From the IMG/VR virus record IMGVR_UViG_3300049489_000842, positions 24,519 through 88,518 of that record: a DNA stretch of 64,000 nt. The stretch is one strand, 5' to 3'. The notes under the pieces are model-generated. The model was not told the origin of the DNA. It saw only the letters and a list, made by a program, of their open reading frames with translations, and did no database searches. This document shows, piece after piece, positions 7,726 to 18,188 of the stretch (position 1 is its first letter; the number at the start of each line of letters is the position of its first letter). The stretch comes from a virus. Both the position numbers and the translations under genes were made by a program.

Positions 7726-8202
7726 ATGAAGGAATATTCAAAAGATCAACTCATCAAATTGTTGATAGACAATAACTTGATAGTTGAAGGTTCTAAAGAT
7801 GTTTACTCAATCAGTACTGCTTTGGCAAAGAATATTAAGTTGGAGGTTAAGTCTAAAAGATGTATTAATTATCCAAATAAATTTGCCCTTATAAGCGACA
7901 CTCAAGTCTATAACATGGTTATGGATATGTGTGAATTAGATTTAGAAAAGTATAATAACAGTGGCGGGAGTTATTATATAAGAACATCATCGAAAGCAGC
8001 TATACAGACACTTAAAAGAATTCTGGCAACACCAGAAATTGACTTTAAGATTTTTGTTGAGACTACAAAGTCTGCTTATCTCGGTAAAACTGTCCTGCCT
8101 GGTTTTGACAAGTATTTAGTAAACAACCTATGGGAGCAGGTCTACAATGGAAGAAAGCAACAAGAAACTGAAAAATCTGGAGATAGAAAGGGAGTTATTT
8201 AA
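7726..8202 (+). CDS. hypothetical protein upstream of DnaB (possible loader/initiator)
   Basis: 158-aa ORF; function inferred from position only. Confidence 0.6.
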   Translation: MKEYSKDQLIKLLIDNNLIVEGSKDVYSISTALAKNIKLEVKSKRCINYPNKFALISDTQVYNMVMDMCELDLEKYNNSGGSYYIRTSSKAAIQTLKRILATPEIDFKIFVETTKSAYLGKTVLPGFDKYLVNNLWEQVYNGRKQQETEKSGDRKGVI

Positions 8203-9367
8203 GAAAATTAGACAGTCCTTAAATAACAAGGATTTCTTTTTAAAACACCCAATCGAAAGACAATCATCAATCTTCAACTTTTATGCAGAGCAGTATATCC
8301 TTCTTGGGTCCATAACCGGGACAGGAAAAACTAGCTATGTTGACCATTGTATATTAGCCATGATGGAACAAATCCTCACTTTTGATCCTAATGAAGTACA
8401 TATAGAATTCCTGTATTTCTCGATGGAAAGAAGGAAAAGGATAAAGTATGCCAAATGGCTATCCTGGAAAATATTTCACGAAACTAAACTAAGAATCCCC
8501 TCAGATGCCATCCTTAATAAGGACAATACCATGACTGAAGATCAGCTGGAATATATAGAAGGCTATGCTGAGTGGCTAGAAAAAGTTTTGGAGTTTGTGG
8601 ATGTGAGGGAAGGGGCTAAAACTGTACCTGAAATAGAAGCCATGTTGCTTGAGAAAGCTAAATCTATGGGCTCTTACTATGAGTCTGATGACCTTAATGT
8701 TTATAGATATGGAGAGCCGGTGGCTACTTTTGATGATAAATATGTAGATACCAAGTATGGTAAAAAGAAGTACATAAATATCACAAAGAAAGGGGAAACG
8801 TATACTCTTTATCAGAATGATAGGATATACATCCCGAATAAGCCAACATTATTCTTCGTAATTATAGACCACGTAGGTAAAGTTAAATCTGTAGGTAATG
8901 CGAAAAAGAAAGAAACCTTAGATGCCCTGGACACTGTTTTGTCAGATGCACGGGATAAGTATGGTATCTCTATTATAGCTATATCTCAGTTCAACAGAGC
9001 TATCTCATCCACAGACAGGTTGAAGTATCACCAAGGTGATTTGGACCCTGTAATGGAAGATTTTAAGGATACCAGCAACATGACAGAGAGTGCTGATTTA
9101 GTAATTTCTGTTTTTGAACCGGGCAGGTACAAGTCTTGGAACTCCCATGGAGAGTATAAGGGGTACAATATCAGAGATGGTATGGTTACTCCAAGTGGTA
9201 AATCACGTGCAAGAAGTGTCCATTTCTTAAAGAATTCACATGGACCTTCTGGAGGAACTCAAGTTCTCCGTTTTACAGGAGAATCTATGTATTTTGAATC
9301 CCTTCCTATCCCTGAGGATAAAGATGGGTTAGCCAAAATATATTCAGAAGTACAAAGAGGTTTATAA
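8147..9367 (+). CDS. dnaB: DnaB-like replicative helicase
   Basis: GTGKTS, YFSME, IIDH, ISQFNR, DFKDT...ESAD, KN..G motifs. Confidence 0.9.
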   Translation: MEESNKKLKNLEIERELFKKIRQSLNNKDFFLKHPIERQSSIFNFYAEQYILLGSITGTGKTSYVDHCILAMMEQILTFDPNEVHIEFLYFSMERRKRIKYAKWLSWKIFHETKLRIPSDAILNKDNTMTEDQLEYIEGYAEWLEKVLEFVDVREGAKTVPEIEAMLLEKAKSMGSYYESDDLNVYRYGEPVATFDDKYVDTKYGKKKYINITKKGETYTLYQNDRIYIPNKPTLFFVIIDHVGKVKSVGNAKKKETLDALDTVLSDARDKYGISIIAISQFNRAISSTDRLKYHQGDLDPVMEDFKDTSNMTESADLVISVFEPGRYKSWNSHGEYKGYNIRDGMVTPSGKSRARSVHFLKNSHGPSGGTQVLRFTGESMYFESLPIPEDKDGLAKIYSEVQRGL

Positions 9368-9384
9368 AGAAGGAGGAAAAATAA

Positions 9385-10182
9385 ATGGGATTTGAAATTC
9401 CTAAAGAACCAATTAAACCGGCTAGTAAAGAACCAAGAACTTTAATTATTTATGGTTCTCCTAAGTCTGGTAAAACAACTATTACAGCACAGCTCCCTAA
9501 TTCTCTTATTTTAGAACATGAAAATGCAGGAGCAGATGCTTTGGAAGCCAGGTATATTTATTTATTGAACCCTTATCAAATTGAGGAGTTTGTAAACGAA
9601 CATGCTAAAAATCCGAAGATGCTGGATGGTATTGAAACTTTAATAGTAGATACAATCACACAGCTGGATGCTTGGTCAGAAATTGTAGGAACCTATGATT
9701 TTATGAATAAAGTCCAGGGTAAAAACTTTAATGTGGTAAACAATGAGAGATTAGCTCACACAGATCCCAGATTTGACACCGTTCACTCTCTGGGAGAAGG
9801 TTACGGTTATAGATATTCTCGTGAAGCTATGATAAAATGGTATTCACTTCTTATCTCAACTGGTAAGAGAGTAATCTTTATCGCTCACGTTAAAGACAAG
9901 ATGATTCAAACTGCATCTGGTGATATTGTAGAAACTACAGAACTGAACTTAACCGGTAAGTTAAAATTTATTTTCGCGTCTAAGGTTGATGCTATTGCTA
10001 TCTTTAAAAGGAAAGGCAATAAAGGGTATCTTGTATTTGAAAATGGAGGAGATGTTATATCAGGTAGTAGATATGCCTATCTATCTGGTAAAATACTTAT
10101 CTCAGAAAGCGACGATGCTGGTAACGTGAAAACCTATTGGGAAAACATCTTCCCTCATTCATTAGCTAATATTAATAAATAA
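9385..10182 (+). CDS. AAA_24 / Sak4-like ATPase (single-strand annealing)
   Basis: IIYGSPKSGKTT, IVDTIT, G.GY, IFIAH. Confidence 0.85.
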   Translation: MGFEIPKEPIKPASKEPRTLIIYGSPKSGKTTITAQLPNSLILEHENAGADALEARYIYLLNPYQIEEFVNEHAKNPKMLDGIETLIVDTITQLDAWSEIVGTYDFMNKVQGKNFNVVNNERLAHTDPRFDTVHSLGEGYGYRYSREAMIKWYSLLISTGKRVIFIAHVKDKMIQTASGDIVETTELNLTGKLKFIFASKVDAIAIFKRKGNKGYLVFENGGDVISGSRYAYLSGKILISESDDAGNVKTYWENIFPHSLANINK

Positions 10183-10189
10183 GTATAGT

Positions 10190-10918
10190 ATGTTAGAGAT
10201 AGGAATTAACAGGAAGTTAAACCTCGCGTTAGGTGAGGCAAAGGGTGATGACCAGTTCATTATGAAATTCGCTGTTGGTGCTAAACCAAAAAGTGTTATG
10301 GAGTTGTTTGCATCTCAGGAAGATCTAGAGACAAATAATATATACATTTTTGGACCTAAAGTAGCGGATAAAAAGGGTGCAGTTAAAGATTTCATGCTTA
10401 TCGCGGAAGATTTAAGGACAACTTATTTTATTTACCGTGGTCTATTTGAGTTGTACTTAACAGCGGAAGAAATAACCGAGCACTTTGGTCCAGAAATTCT
10501 TTATGGTGATTACAAAATTAACGAGGACAATCAAGTAGCTATGATGACAAATCAAACTGTTGTCAATAAGATTTTCCAGGGAATTTGTAAGAGAGCAAAT
10601 GAAGTGATTACTTTCTTCTCTTTAGATAAAGAGAAACCTTTAAAATTGAAACTTTATAGACAGTCACCAGAAAAAGCTATGCCAAGGTATACTTACAAGC
10701 CATTGTTCAAAAACTGGTGTGAACTGGATGAAGTATCAGATGAGGAAACTATTGTAAAATGGACTGATTACGAAAAGAGTAAAGGATTTAATAATCCATT
10801 ACCACTTGAAAAAGATGCCACTAAAGCTGCGCCTAAGAACTTCGCCACACCTGGTGATGTTAATGAGGCTCCAGCAACAGATACCATCCCATCAGCTAAG
10901 GATTTACCATTCAAATAG
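10190..10918 (+). CDS. putative single-stranded DNA-binding protein
   Basis: Follows the Sak4-like gene; low-complexity tail ending DLPFK, resembling SSB C-termini. Confidence 0.5.
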   Translation: MLEIGINRKLNLALGEAKGDDQFIMKFAVGAKPKSVMELFASQEDLETNNIYIFGPKVADKKGAVKDFMLIAEDLRTTYFIYRGLFELYLTAEEITEHFGPEILYGDYKINEDNQVAMMTNQTVVNKIFQGICKRANEVITFFSLDKEKPLKLKLYRQSPEKAMPRYTYKPLFKNWCELDEVSDEETIVKWTDYEKSKGFNNPLPLEKDATKAAPKNFATPGDVNEAPATDTIPSAKDLPFK

Positions 10919-10919
10919 T

Positions 10920-11897
10920 ATGTTTGAAACCCTTCTTACTGAAGACAATGTATTAGAAAGAGTGGATGCTTATAGCATCTATTCTTTTTATATAGGATCT
11001 GAGTTAGAGGTCGGAAGGGTTTATCTCTCCCCTTTAAGGGAAGATGACATAAAACCTTCTTTTTCTTTATACGAGTATAAAGGAACTCTATTCTTCAGAG
11101 ATCATGGTAAAGGTATTTCTGGAAATGTATTCAAATTTATAAAGATATTGTTCGGATTTAATACTTCTATGGAAGTACTTAGTGCTGTAAATAAAGATTT
11201 TGATTTGGAACTACAAGGTGGTATTCCTTATGTTAAAGGAGAAAAAGCCCCCTTAATAGCATCTTACAAAAAGAAAGCAAAACTGGTTAAAATTGAAGTG
11301 GCTTCCAGGAAAAATCAAAGGGTATTTTTAGAGTATCTGATGGAGTATGGTATAACTAAACGTACTTCAGACTATTATGAAGCCACTGAAGCTGCAGTAC
11401 TTTACTTTCACTATGAAGATAATTTAACTAGAACTGTGTACCCAAAAACGTTGTGTATCGCTTATCCTATTTATGATAAGTATAAGATATACCAACCATT
11501 TGAGGACCAAAGGTTTTTCAACAATTATCCTTCAGATTATGTAGAGGGATTTTTACAGCTGAAGTACGAAAAGGATTTCTGTATAATCACTAAAAGTACG
11601 AAAGAGATAATGTTTTTTAGAGAACATTACGACTGGGATACAGTTGCAGGTAAATCTGAAAGTACTCATGTTACAAGAGTCATAATGCTTATCTTATTAA
11701 AGAGATTCAAGAAGATTTACATTTGGCTAGATAATGATACTACCGGATTAGCCAGGCAAGCTTTATATTTACAAGAATACCCTTTCTTAATACCTGTGTA
11801 TTTTAATGTACCGCAGAAAGATCCGACAGATTTTTATAAAACTACTAAGAATAAGGCATTTGCTTTATCAGTAATTAAAAAACAAATAGAAATTTAA
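10920..11897 (+). CDS. dnaG: DNA primase (crAss-type TOPRIM)
   Basis: SPLREDD.KPSF...FRDHG N-terminal domain; IITKS.KE, WLDND..G, KDPTD. Confidence 0.85.
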   Translation: MFETLLTEDNVLERVDAYSIYSFYIGSELEVGRVYLSPLREDDIKPSFSLYEYKGTLFFRDHGKGISGNVFKFIKILFGFNTSMEVLSAVNKDFDLELQGGIPYVKGEKAPLIASYKKKAKLVKIEVASRKNQRVFLEYLMEYGITKRTSDYYEATEAAVLYFHYEDNLTRTVYPKTLCIAYPIYDKYKIYQPFEDQRFFNNYPSDYVEGFLQLKYEKDFCIITKSTKEIMFFREHYDWDTVAGKSESTHVTRVIMLILLKRFKKIYIWLDNDTTGLARQALYLQEYPFLIPVYFNVPQKDPTDFYKTTKNKAFALSVIKKQIEI

Positions 11898-14879
11898 ATG
11901 GCTATACTAGAAAAAGACATAGTAAGAAATAGTGGGCTTGTCAAAGATATTGACCAGGATTCTCTGGACATGATAATTGACATGGTACAGATAAACCTGT
12001 ACAAGTATCCTGAGGATTCTGCTATTAGAGAGTATTTCTCTAACATGTACGACTCTCTTATGGAGAAGTTCAACGCTATAAAAATACTCAAAGGAGAAGC
12101 TAAAGTTTCCGACTTCTATGTTGAGGATGATTCGCGAAAGGAAACAAAAACAAGTAAATTTAATCCGGAATACTACTCTTTAGATCACCTGGATGGTTCC
12201 ATATCAAAAGCAACGATAAGTTATGTAGACGATGCTGATAATGGTAAAGACATGATATTCTTTTCTGACTATGGTGTAGGGTTAGATTTAAACAGATTAC
12301 TGGGTTCTATGAAAATTGGTTATAGTACTAAAAGATTGTCTAATGCTATGATTGGCAAGTTCGGAGCCGGAGCTAAAAGTGCCTTGGCAACTAATGTCGA
12401 TTTTTATGTTTTAGAATCCTGGTATAATGGATTGTATACTAAAATGATGGTTTATGACCATTTCTTCAATTGTATTATTCCAGAAGAAACTACTGTCCAT
12501 ACAGATATAGTTAAAGGTAAAAAGCGAGAGATCGTAGATGGAGAGGAGGTTATAGTAGATTCACAGGATTACATACGATGGGAAAAGACTGACCGAAAAA
12601 ACGGTGCTACAGTATCATTTCATGTGAAAAAGCATAATAAACCGAAGTATATTGAAGGCATAAAAAGACAGTTAATGTACTTCGGAGATTATCTTGATGT
12701 TTACGATATTGATTCGGAGGGAGTTAAGAATTACGTACATTTTGCTTCAAAAGTATTACTTGAGACTCCTTTATTTAAGATTGTAAGAGGAATTATTACA
12801 GTTCCACATATTTTAATAAATAATGTGAATTATGGCCCGGTTGACTTTGCAGAAATAGGTATAAACAAGAAATTCGGTTCTGTTGCATTGAAAGGTACTC
12901 CGACTGATGTAAATGTTATGTCAAACAGAGAGAGTTTAAAGTGGGATGATAAAGCTCGTGAATTTGTACTCAGGATAAGCGATGAGGCTAATATTCAAGC
13001 TGGAAAGATCTTACAAGAAGAGTTGAATAAGATAGATAACCCTATTGAAAGATACTTCGCTTCTAATAAACTTTCTTTTCAAGGCACATCAGATAGAGAT
13101 TACATTATTAATACTTTAAAGGCCTTTAGTGGTGATATATCTCCTAGCTTTAACTTAAATCCGCAGGATTATCTTGATGATAAGCAAAAATTGATTTATA
13201 AAGCTAAGAGTATTTCTATAAAAGAAATACTTTATATCTACTCATACTTCAGAGTTACACTTATATCTAAAGGAAGCAGTACACTAAAAGTTGTTTCACA
13301 TCCAAATCTAGCAGAACTAGACTTTAGTAGGATTGTATTTAAAGTTGAGGAAAAATTTGAGAATATAAGAACATCCGAAGCTTTGTACGTTTTTAACAAG
13401 GTTCTTATGGGCAATCCAGATTCGTTTGTTTACATATCTATACCAAGTAAGGCAGAAAGCATAAAGTCTTTTGAAGATTATGATGAAATACTTCAAAGTG
13501 GTGAAAAAGCTAAACTTCTTAAGAAGATTAAAGAAGCTAAAGTTCCAGAAGTAATAGCTAGTCTAGAAAAGGACCTTGAAGATTTAAACAATAAAATCCA
13601 AGGTATGTATTTAAACTACATTAAGAGGGAGAAAACTATTATGATGGCTAAAGCTATTTTTATAAACATCCTTAAAAAGTTCTCTTTAAATGCAGATGAG
13701 TATTTAATAGAATCTAATGTAAAAGCTTACGCTAAAGTGTTAAGATTGGCTTCTGATAGTGCCTTGACTACTAAGAAGGAAGAGGCAACAACACATCAAA
13801 TACATACCGTATCTGACAGAGATGCTCAAAGGGCCGAATGGCTAGAAATGAAAAAGAGTAAGCAGATATTTCCGGTTCGTATGTTAAATTATGGTGGTAC
13901 AAGGTTTTTTAATTCTGACGGATTCACAAGAATAAACTTAGTGGATATAAAATTAGTTGACTTAGTCAAGGAAATAGAGTCTTACGATAATTTAGAAGAT
14001 AAAGCTTCCAGAGCTATTTTAATTTATGGTGAAACAGAGGATAAAGATCTTTTAGACTTTTTGTATAGGATCCTTGCTTTTATAGGAGGAGAAAAGGGTG
14101 CAGGGTATTTACCCTCATACAATCCATTAAACCCTTTAAGGAGAGATATACCTGTACTTCTTACTGTAGCTAAAGATAATATTAAAATTATCAAGAATAT
14201 TCCTTGGGCTATACATATCAAAGATTATATTTTAAGTAAAACAATCTCAAATAACAAGATGAATATAGAATTTAAACCTGCTTTAAGGGATTTTATAACC
14301 TGTATAAGGCTTCTACAAATAACAAAAGAGTATCCTTTGGCCGACATTATTAGAGGGAATGTACTATTGCATAATAATTCTTACTTCAAGAATTTACTCT
14401 ATACTAAAAAGGCACAAGAATTATTGTCTAAGTTTCCTATAGAAGTCAAGAATACTAGTGATGAAAGTATTATCAGTACTCTACTTTCTGGTATAAAATA
14501 CAAGTCTTTTGAGGAAACTTTAAGATCTTTCTTTTCTTCTATAGAATCCTTAATAAAAATACAGGAATTACCATGGATAGAATTGGAGGAGTCTCAAAAA
14601 GCCATGCTATCGAAGTTTGAGTCTTATAAAATAGACTTATATGATAAAGAATTATGCGAAGGGTTGATTAAAGAGATAGGTAATAACAAAGAAAGAATAG
14701 AAAAATCTTTAATGAAGGTAGCTGTTACTGATGCTTTTAATTATGATCATCCTATTCTTATAGATTACCTTAGAAACTCAGAGATACTACTAGTAGAAGA
14801 AGAGGAGGAAATAGAAGAGGAAGCAGAGTTTACGAATACAACAGAGCAGACAGAGGATTCAGATGAGATTGATTTTTAG
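11898..14879 (+). CDS. rIIA: RIIA-like protein (GHKL ATPase N-terminus)
   Basis: AIREYFSNMYDS, DYGVGL, YSTK......IGKFGAGAKS, NRESL.W; adjacent to the rIIB-like gene. Confidence 0.88.
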   Translation: MAILEKDIVRNSGLVKDIDQDSLDMIIDMVQINLYKYPEDSAIREYFSNMYDSLMEKFNAIKILKGEAKVSDFYVEDDSRKETKTSKFNPEYYSLDHLDGSISKATISYVDDADNGKDMIFFSDYGVGLDLNRLLGSMKIGYSTKRLSNAMIGKFGAGAKSALATNVDFYVLESWYNGLYTKMMVYDHFFNCIIPEETTVHTDIVKGKKREIVDGEEVIVDSQDYIRWEKTDRKNGATVSFHVKKHNKPKYIEGIKRQLMYFGDYLDVYDIDSEGVKNYVHFASKVLLETPLFKIVRGIITVPHILINNVNYGPVDFAEIGINKKFGSVALKGTPTDVNVMSNRESLKWDDKAREFVLRISDEANIQAGKILQEELNKIDNPIERYFASNKLSFQGTSDRDYIINTLKAFSGDISPSFNLNPQDYLDDKQKLIYKAKSISIKEILYIYSYFRVTLISKGSSTLKVVSHPNLAELDFSRIVFKVEEKFENIRTSEALYVFNKVLMGNPDSFVYISIPSKAESIKSFEDYDEILQSGEKAKLLKKIKEAKVPEVIASLEKDLEDLNNKIQGMYLNYIKREKTIMMAKAIFINILKKFSLNADEYLIESNVKAYAKVLRLASDSALTTKKEEATTHQIHTVSDRDAQRAEWLEMKKSKQIFPVRMLNYGGTRFFNSDGFTRINLVDIKLVDLVKEIESYDNLEDKASRAILIYGETEDKDLLDFLYRILAFIGGEKGAGYLPSYNPLNPLRRDIPVLLTVAKDNIKIIKNIPWAIHIKDYILSKTISNNKMNIEFKPALRDFITCIRLLQITKEYPLADIIRGNVLLHNNSYFKNLLYTKKAQELLSKFPIEVKNTSDESIISTLLSGIKYKSFEETLRSFFSSIESLIKIQELPWIELEESQKAMLSKFESYKIDLYDKELCEGLIKEIGNNKERIEKSLMKVAVTDAFNYDHPILIDYLRNSEILLVEEEEEIEEEAEFTNTTEQTEDSDEIDF

Positions 14880-14933
14880 TGTTTTTATTAGAAAAATTTA
14901 GTAATTTTAATCTTTAATTAAAAATTGTAAAAC

Positions 14934-16163
14934 ATGATTTTAGTAAATCGAAAAAATGACAGACTAACTGGGTCTATAAATTCAGTACCCTACAGTATTC
15001 CTTATGATAAGGATGTAGAAGAAACTTTAAAAGTTTTATCTGACAGATTAAAGCTCTGCAAGGACCGGGAAACTTTTAATGCTGTGATTGAAGATGCTAA
15101 AAAAGCGATCCAAATCGATTTTAAAGCTGAGGTTGCAGCTGCAAATGGATACTTAAAGTATCGGAAAGATGGGCATTACTATTTAGTGGTAAACAAAGGG
15201 GAGGATAATGAAACAGTATCCGACATACCTCTTCCAAAAGCTTTATCAGATAGGATTATACAGTCTTATGAAGAGAAATCTGATTTTATGCCTATAATTC
15301 TTGCATGGCAGAGATTCCTTGCAAAGCAATTGATTCTCGAGACAAAGAAGCCTAATGGGTTCGATTTAAAGCATAACTGTGAGTTATTTGCAAACTACAT
15401 TACAGCAATGTATGTCGACAAAGAAAAAGCAGAGTTGCTTATGGAATCAGATGGTGTATCTCAGGAGGTAGCTAATGAATTGGCGACATTTAATGACATT
15501 GCTATTACAAACTTTGGTATTCTTGTAACCTATAAGGTTGTAGATGAAATCGAAGAAATCTGGAGTCTTGAAAAAGATAAAGATGGTAATGATATTAAAG
15601 TAAAGAAACCGATCTTCACACCTTCAAAGAAAATTGATCCTATTTCTGGTAAAGTTGATGTAACTAAAGGAAAAGCAGATTTTGCAGAAAACAGAGTATT
15701 TACTCCTGCCATACATAAAAGTGGGGATAAGTTCTTCTGCGGAGAAGACTTAAGTTATATGTATAAAGTTGGAAAGATGCATGTGTTACCTGAAGATGCT
15801 GTTAGAAACTACCAAAATACTTTTGGTGGAGGCGGATTGTACGCCGGTGGACTAAATTACATCGAAGGGTACAGAAGTAATCATAATGTTACTTTAACTT
15901 GCTTTATAGATCCATTTGACATCATTTCTTTCCAAGATGATGGAAGAGCATTCCGCACTGATGGTATGTTTATCAACGGTATATTAAATGACGAAACAGA
16001 ATTACAAGGAATGTACTTTGATTCTGATTTTGCTGCAGCTTCTGATGAGGTTATAAAAAAACGAATGATCGAAGTTGTTACAAAACATACCAGTAATGTG
16101 AAGGATGAAAATTCTGCTATTGAATCTAAGGTAGATTTGTTAAACTCTATTCTTAAGAAGTAG
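14934..16163 (+). CDS. rIIB: RIIB-like protein
   Basis: IT..G....YK.V, YKVG, GLYAGGLNYI..Y, IDP.DIIS; follows rIIA. Confidence 0.82.
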   Translation: MILVNRKNDRLTGSINSVPYSIPYDKDVEETLKVLSDRLKLCKDRETFNAVIEDAKKAIQIDFKAEVAAANGYLKYRKDGHYYLVVNKGEDNETVSDIPLPKALSDRIIQSYEEKSDFMPIILAWQRFLAKQLILETKKPNGFDLKHNCELFANYITAMYVDKEKAELLMESDGVSQEVANELATFNDIAITNFGILVTYKVVDEIEEIWSLEKDKDGNDIKVKKPIFTPSKKIDPISGKVDVTKGKADFAENRVFTPAIHKSGDKFFCGEDLSYMYKVGKMHVLPEDAVRNYQNTFGGGGLYAGGLNYIEGYRSNHNVTLTCFIDPFDIISFQDDGRAFRTDGMFINGILNDETELQGMYFDSDFAAASDEVIKKRMIEVVTKHTSNVKDENSAIESKVDLLNSILKK

Positions 16164-16166
16164 TAG

Positions 16167-16565
16167 ATGGTTAATCCTTATGAGCAAGAAATTGTAGAAA
16201 GGTTAAATATGATGAAGGGTCCTGATGGGACCCTTTTTCCTAAGCTCATTAGCTCTCACGGACTGAGGTCTTTTGACCATGTTTTGAAATTAGATATTGT
16301 TACTGCAGATTTTGATGATATGGAGAAATTCGGTCTTCTTATCCAGGCTAAAATGAAGGGAGGGGTAGCAAAATACCCATTACTTTTAGATAAACTTAAT
16401 GCTGCAGTTGATAAGTATCCTAATTCTATTCCGGTTATTTACCATAAACAGGTAATAAAAGGGGAGGTTGGTCAAGAGTACGCTTTGATGTATGTACAAG
16501 ATTTTGAAAATTTAATATGTAAAATAAAAAGGTATGAAAACCCTAGTCGTTATAGATTTGGATAG
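16167..16565 (+). CDS. PD-(D/E)XK Holliday junction resolvase-like nuclease
   Basis: YEQEIVERL, LDI, IQAK, PVIYHK. Confidence 0.65.
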   Translation: MVNPYEQEIVERLNMMKGPDGTLFPKLISSHGLRSFDHVLKLDIVTADFDDMEKFGLLIQAKMKGGVAKYPLLLDKLNAAVDKYPNSIPVIYHKQVIKGEVGQEYALMYVQDFENLICKIKRYENPSRYRFG

Positions 16566-17337
16566 CATAGGGTGGACTGTTGCTGGAGGTCCTATATTTA
16601 AAGATTTGAATAGAGACATAAGCACAGAACCATTCATGCGTAATAGCCTTAAAAAGTTTATAAATTCTATATTTTTAAACACTAAGGCTGATAGTTACAT
16701 TGGATTTTACCAAGGTCCTGGACATAAAAACTTTAGAAAGAACTTAAATCCTTTCTACAAGAGTAATAGAAAAGAGAAACCTGAATTTATGAAAATATGG
16801 GAACCTGTAATATTCGAAACATTAAAGGAATACCCAGGATTTGTAAATTTAAGGTGCATTGAAAGCGATGATGCTTTACGTATAACAAACAACAGATACA
16901 AATCGGAGTATAACATTATCTTATCGCATGCTGATAAAGACTTAAAGTGTATTCCGGGAAACCATTTTAACTATAAAAAGGCCTTACATTTTTCTATAAA
17001 AGAAGAGGAAGCTTTAATAAATGAATATGCTCAGTTTATATCGGGAGACTCTACTGATGGAGTTCCAGGTATTTATGGAATAGGACCGGCTAAGGCAGCT
17101 AAACTTGTGAAGAAACACAATATGAAATTCGTTGCTGCATTTAAAGACGCTTACTATTCCACTGGTATGGAAAGAGGTATGACATGGAGAAAACTGTTGT
17201 GGACTACTTATCATAGTATAAGAATATTACCAAACATAGAAGGCTATAAAAGGTTTTCTGATGTTGAGGAAATGCCTTTAGATGTGATAACGGATGTGAT
17301 AAAAGAACAAAAAAGACCGACTTTAGATAACTGGTAG
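16534..17337 (+). CDS. 5'-3' exonuclease / flap endonuclease (T7 gp6-like)
   Basis: IDLDS, NFRK...YKSNR, ESDD, DKDL, GDSTDGVPGIYGIG. Confidence 0.9.
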   Translation: MKTLVVIDLDSIGWTVAGGPIFKDLNRDISTEPFMRNSLKKFINSIFLNTKADSYIGFYQGPGHKNFRKNLNPFYKSNRKEKPEFMKIWEPVIFETLKEYPGFVNLRCIESDDALRITNNRYKSEYNIILSHADKDLKCIPGNHFNYKKALHFSIKEEEALINEYAQFISGDSTDGVPGIYGIGPAKAAKLVKKHNMKFVAAFKDAYYSTGMERGMTWRKLLWTTYHSIRILPNIEGYKRFSDVEEMPLDVITDVIKEQKRPTLDNW

Positions 17338-17338
17338 T

Positions 17339-17896
17339 ATGAAAAGTAGATTTTTACCCAATAAAAAAGAAGACTCAATCCTGCATTATTACGGATTACC
17401 ACTTGTAGGGTTAAATAAAAGTAGTTTTCACGACAATTTAAAATCCGTAAAAATCAACTTTGATGGAACTGTTATTTTTGTAGAGGTAGTTCAAGATATC
17501 TACTCGGATATTTTATATCCGAATAAGATAAAATATGAAGATACGACCTATTTGTTTTTCAAGATACCTAATCATTTATTGGATGATTCCAGAAAAATTG
17601 TGGAAGGAAAGTATAGCCAGCTTAGTATAGCAGCTAAAAAGAAAATACACGATCTTTCTGAGTTGTATAATAATACCCTTGTAGGAGGAAATTATATAAC
17701 ATCCAAACTGATATTTGCTTTAGATAAAAGTCCTACTTTAATAAATTATATGTACGAAATCTTAAAATCTCCTTATGAAAAAGGAGATAAGTTTAATAGT
17801 GAATTGTGGAAACTCCTTTGTAAAGGAGAATTAACAGAAAAACTATCTGAGGAAGATTTCTACTTCAATGTTGAGGAGGAAATTTATGGGGTATAG
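17339..17896 (+). CDS. hypothetical protein
   Basis: 185-aa ORF in the replication operon (GKYSQLS..AK motif). Confidence 0.75.
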   Translation: MKSRFLPNKKEDSILHYYGLPLVGLNKSSFHDNLKSVKINFDGTVIFVEVVQDIYSDILYPNKIKYEDTTYLFFKIPNHLLDDSRKIVEGKYSQLSIAAKKKIHDLSELYNNTLVGGNYITSKLIFALDKSPTLINYMYEILKSPYEKGDKFNSELWKLLCKGELTEKLSEEDFYFNVEEEIYGV

Positions 17897-18107
17897 TAGA
17901 GGATTCAAAAATACTTACTGTTATGCCAGGATAAAAGATGGTACAGATAAAGCATTTGGTGGAGGAGAACTTGAACTTGAACTTTGGGTTGGAACCAAGA
18001 AGAAAGATAAACAGATTATAGGAACTATAAAAGTAAGTATCGACTGGACAAAGGGACTTGGTATTCTAGAATTAAATGACAAAGTTCTCAAAACAGTTCA
18101 AATATAA
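17886..18107 (+). CDS. hypothetical protein
   Basis: Short ORF overlapping the previous stop and preceding a terminator. Confidence 0.6.
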   Translation: MGYSRGFKNTYCYARIKDGTDKAFGGGELELELWVGTKKKDKQIIGTIKVSIDWTKGLGILELNDKVLKTVQI

Positions 18108-18134
18108 AATAGTGATTAGGTGGTTGATGTAGGT

Positions 18135-18175
18135 AGGGGGATTGGATGAGTATATTCATATCCCCCTTAATTTTT
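18135..18175 (+). terminator. rho-independent terminator
   Basis: AGGGGGAT...ATCCCCCT hairpin followed by TAATTTTT. Confidence 0.7.
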
Positions 18176-18188
18176 CTAAAAACTAAAT

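Noticed and set aside
8560-8850. Possible intein in DnaB (extra segment between helicase motifs)
   Set aside because: No Cys/Ser start, His-Asn end or LAGLIDADG motif; more likely a small lineage-specific insertion
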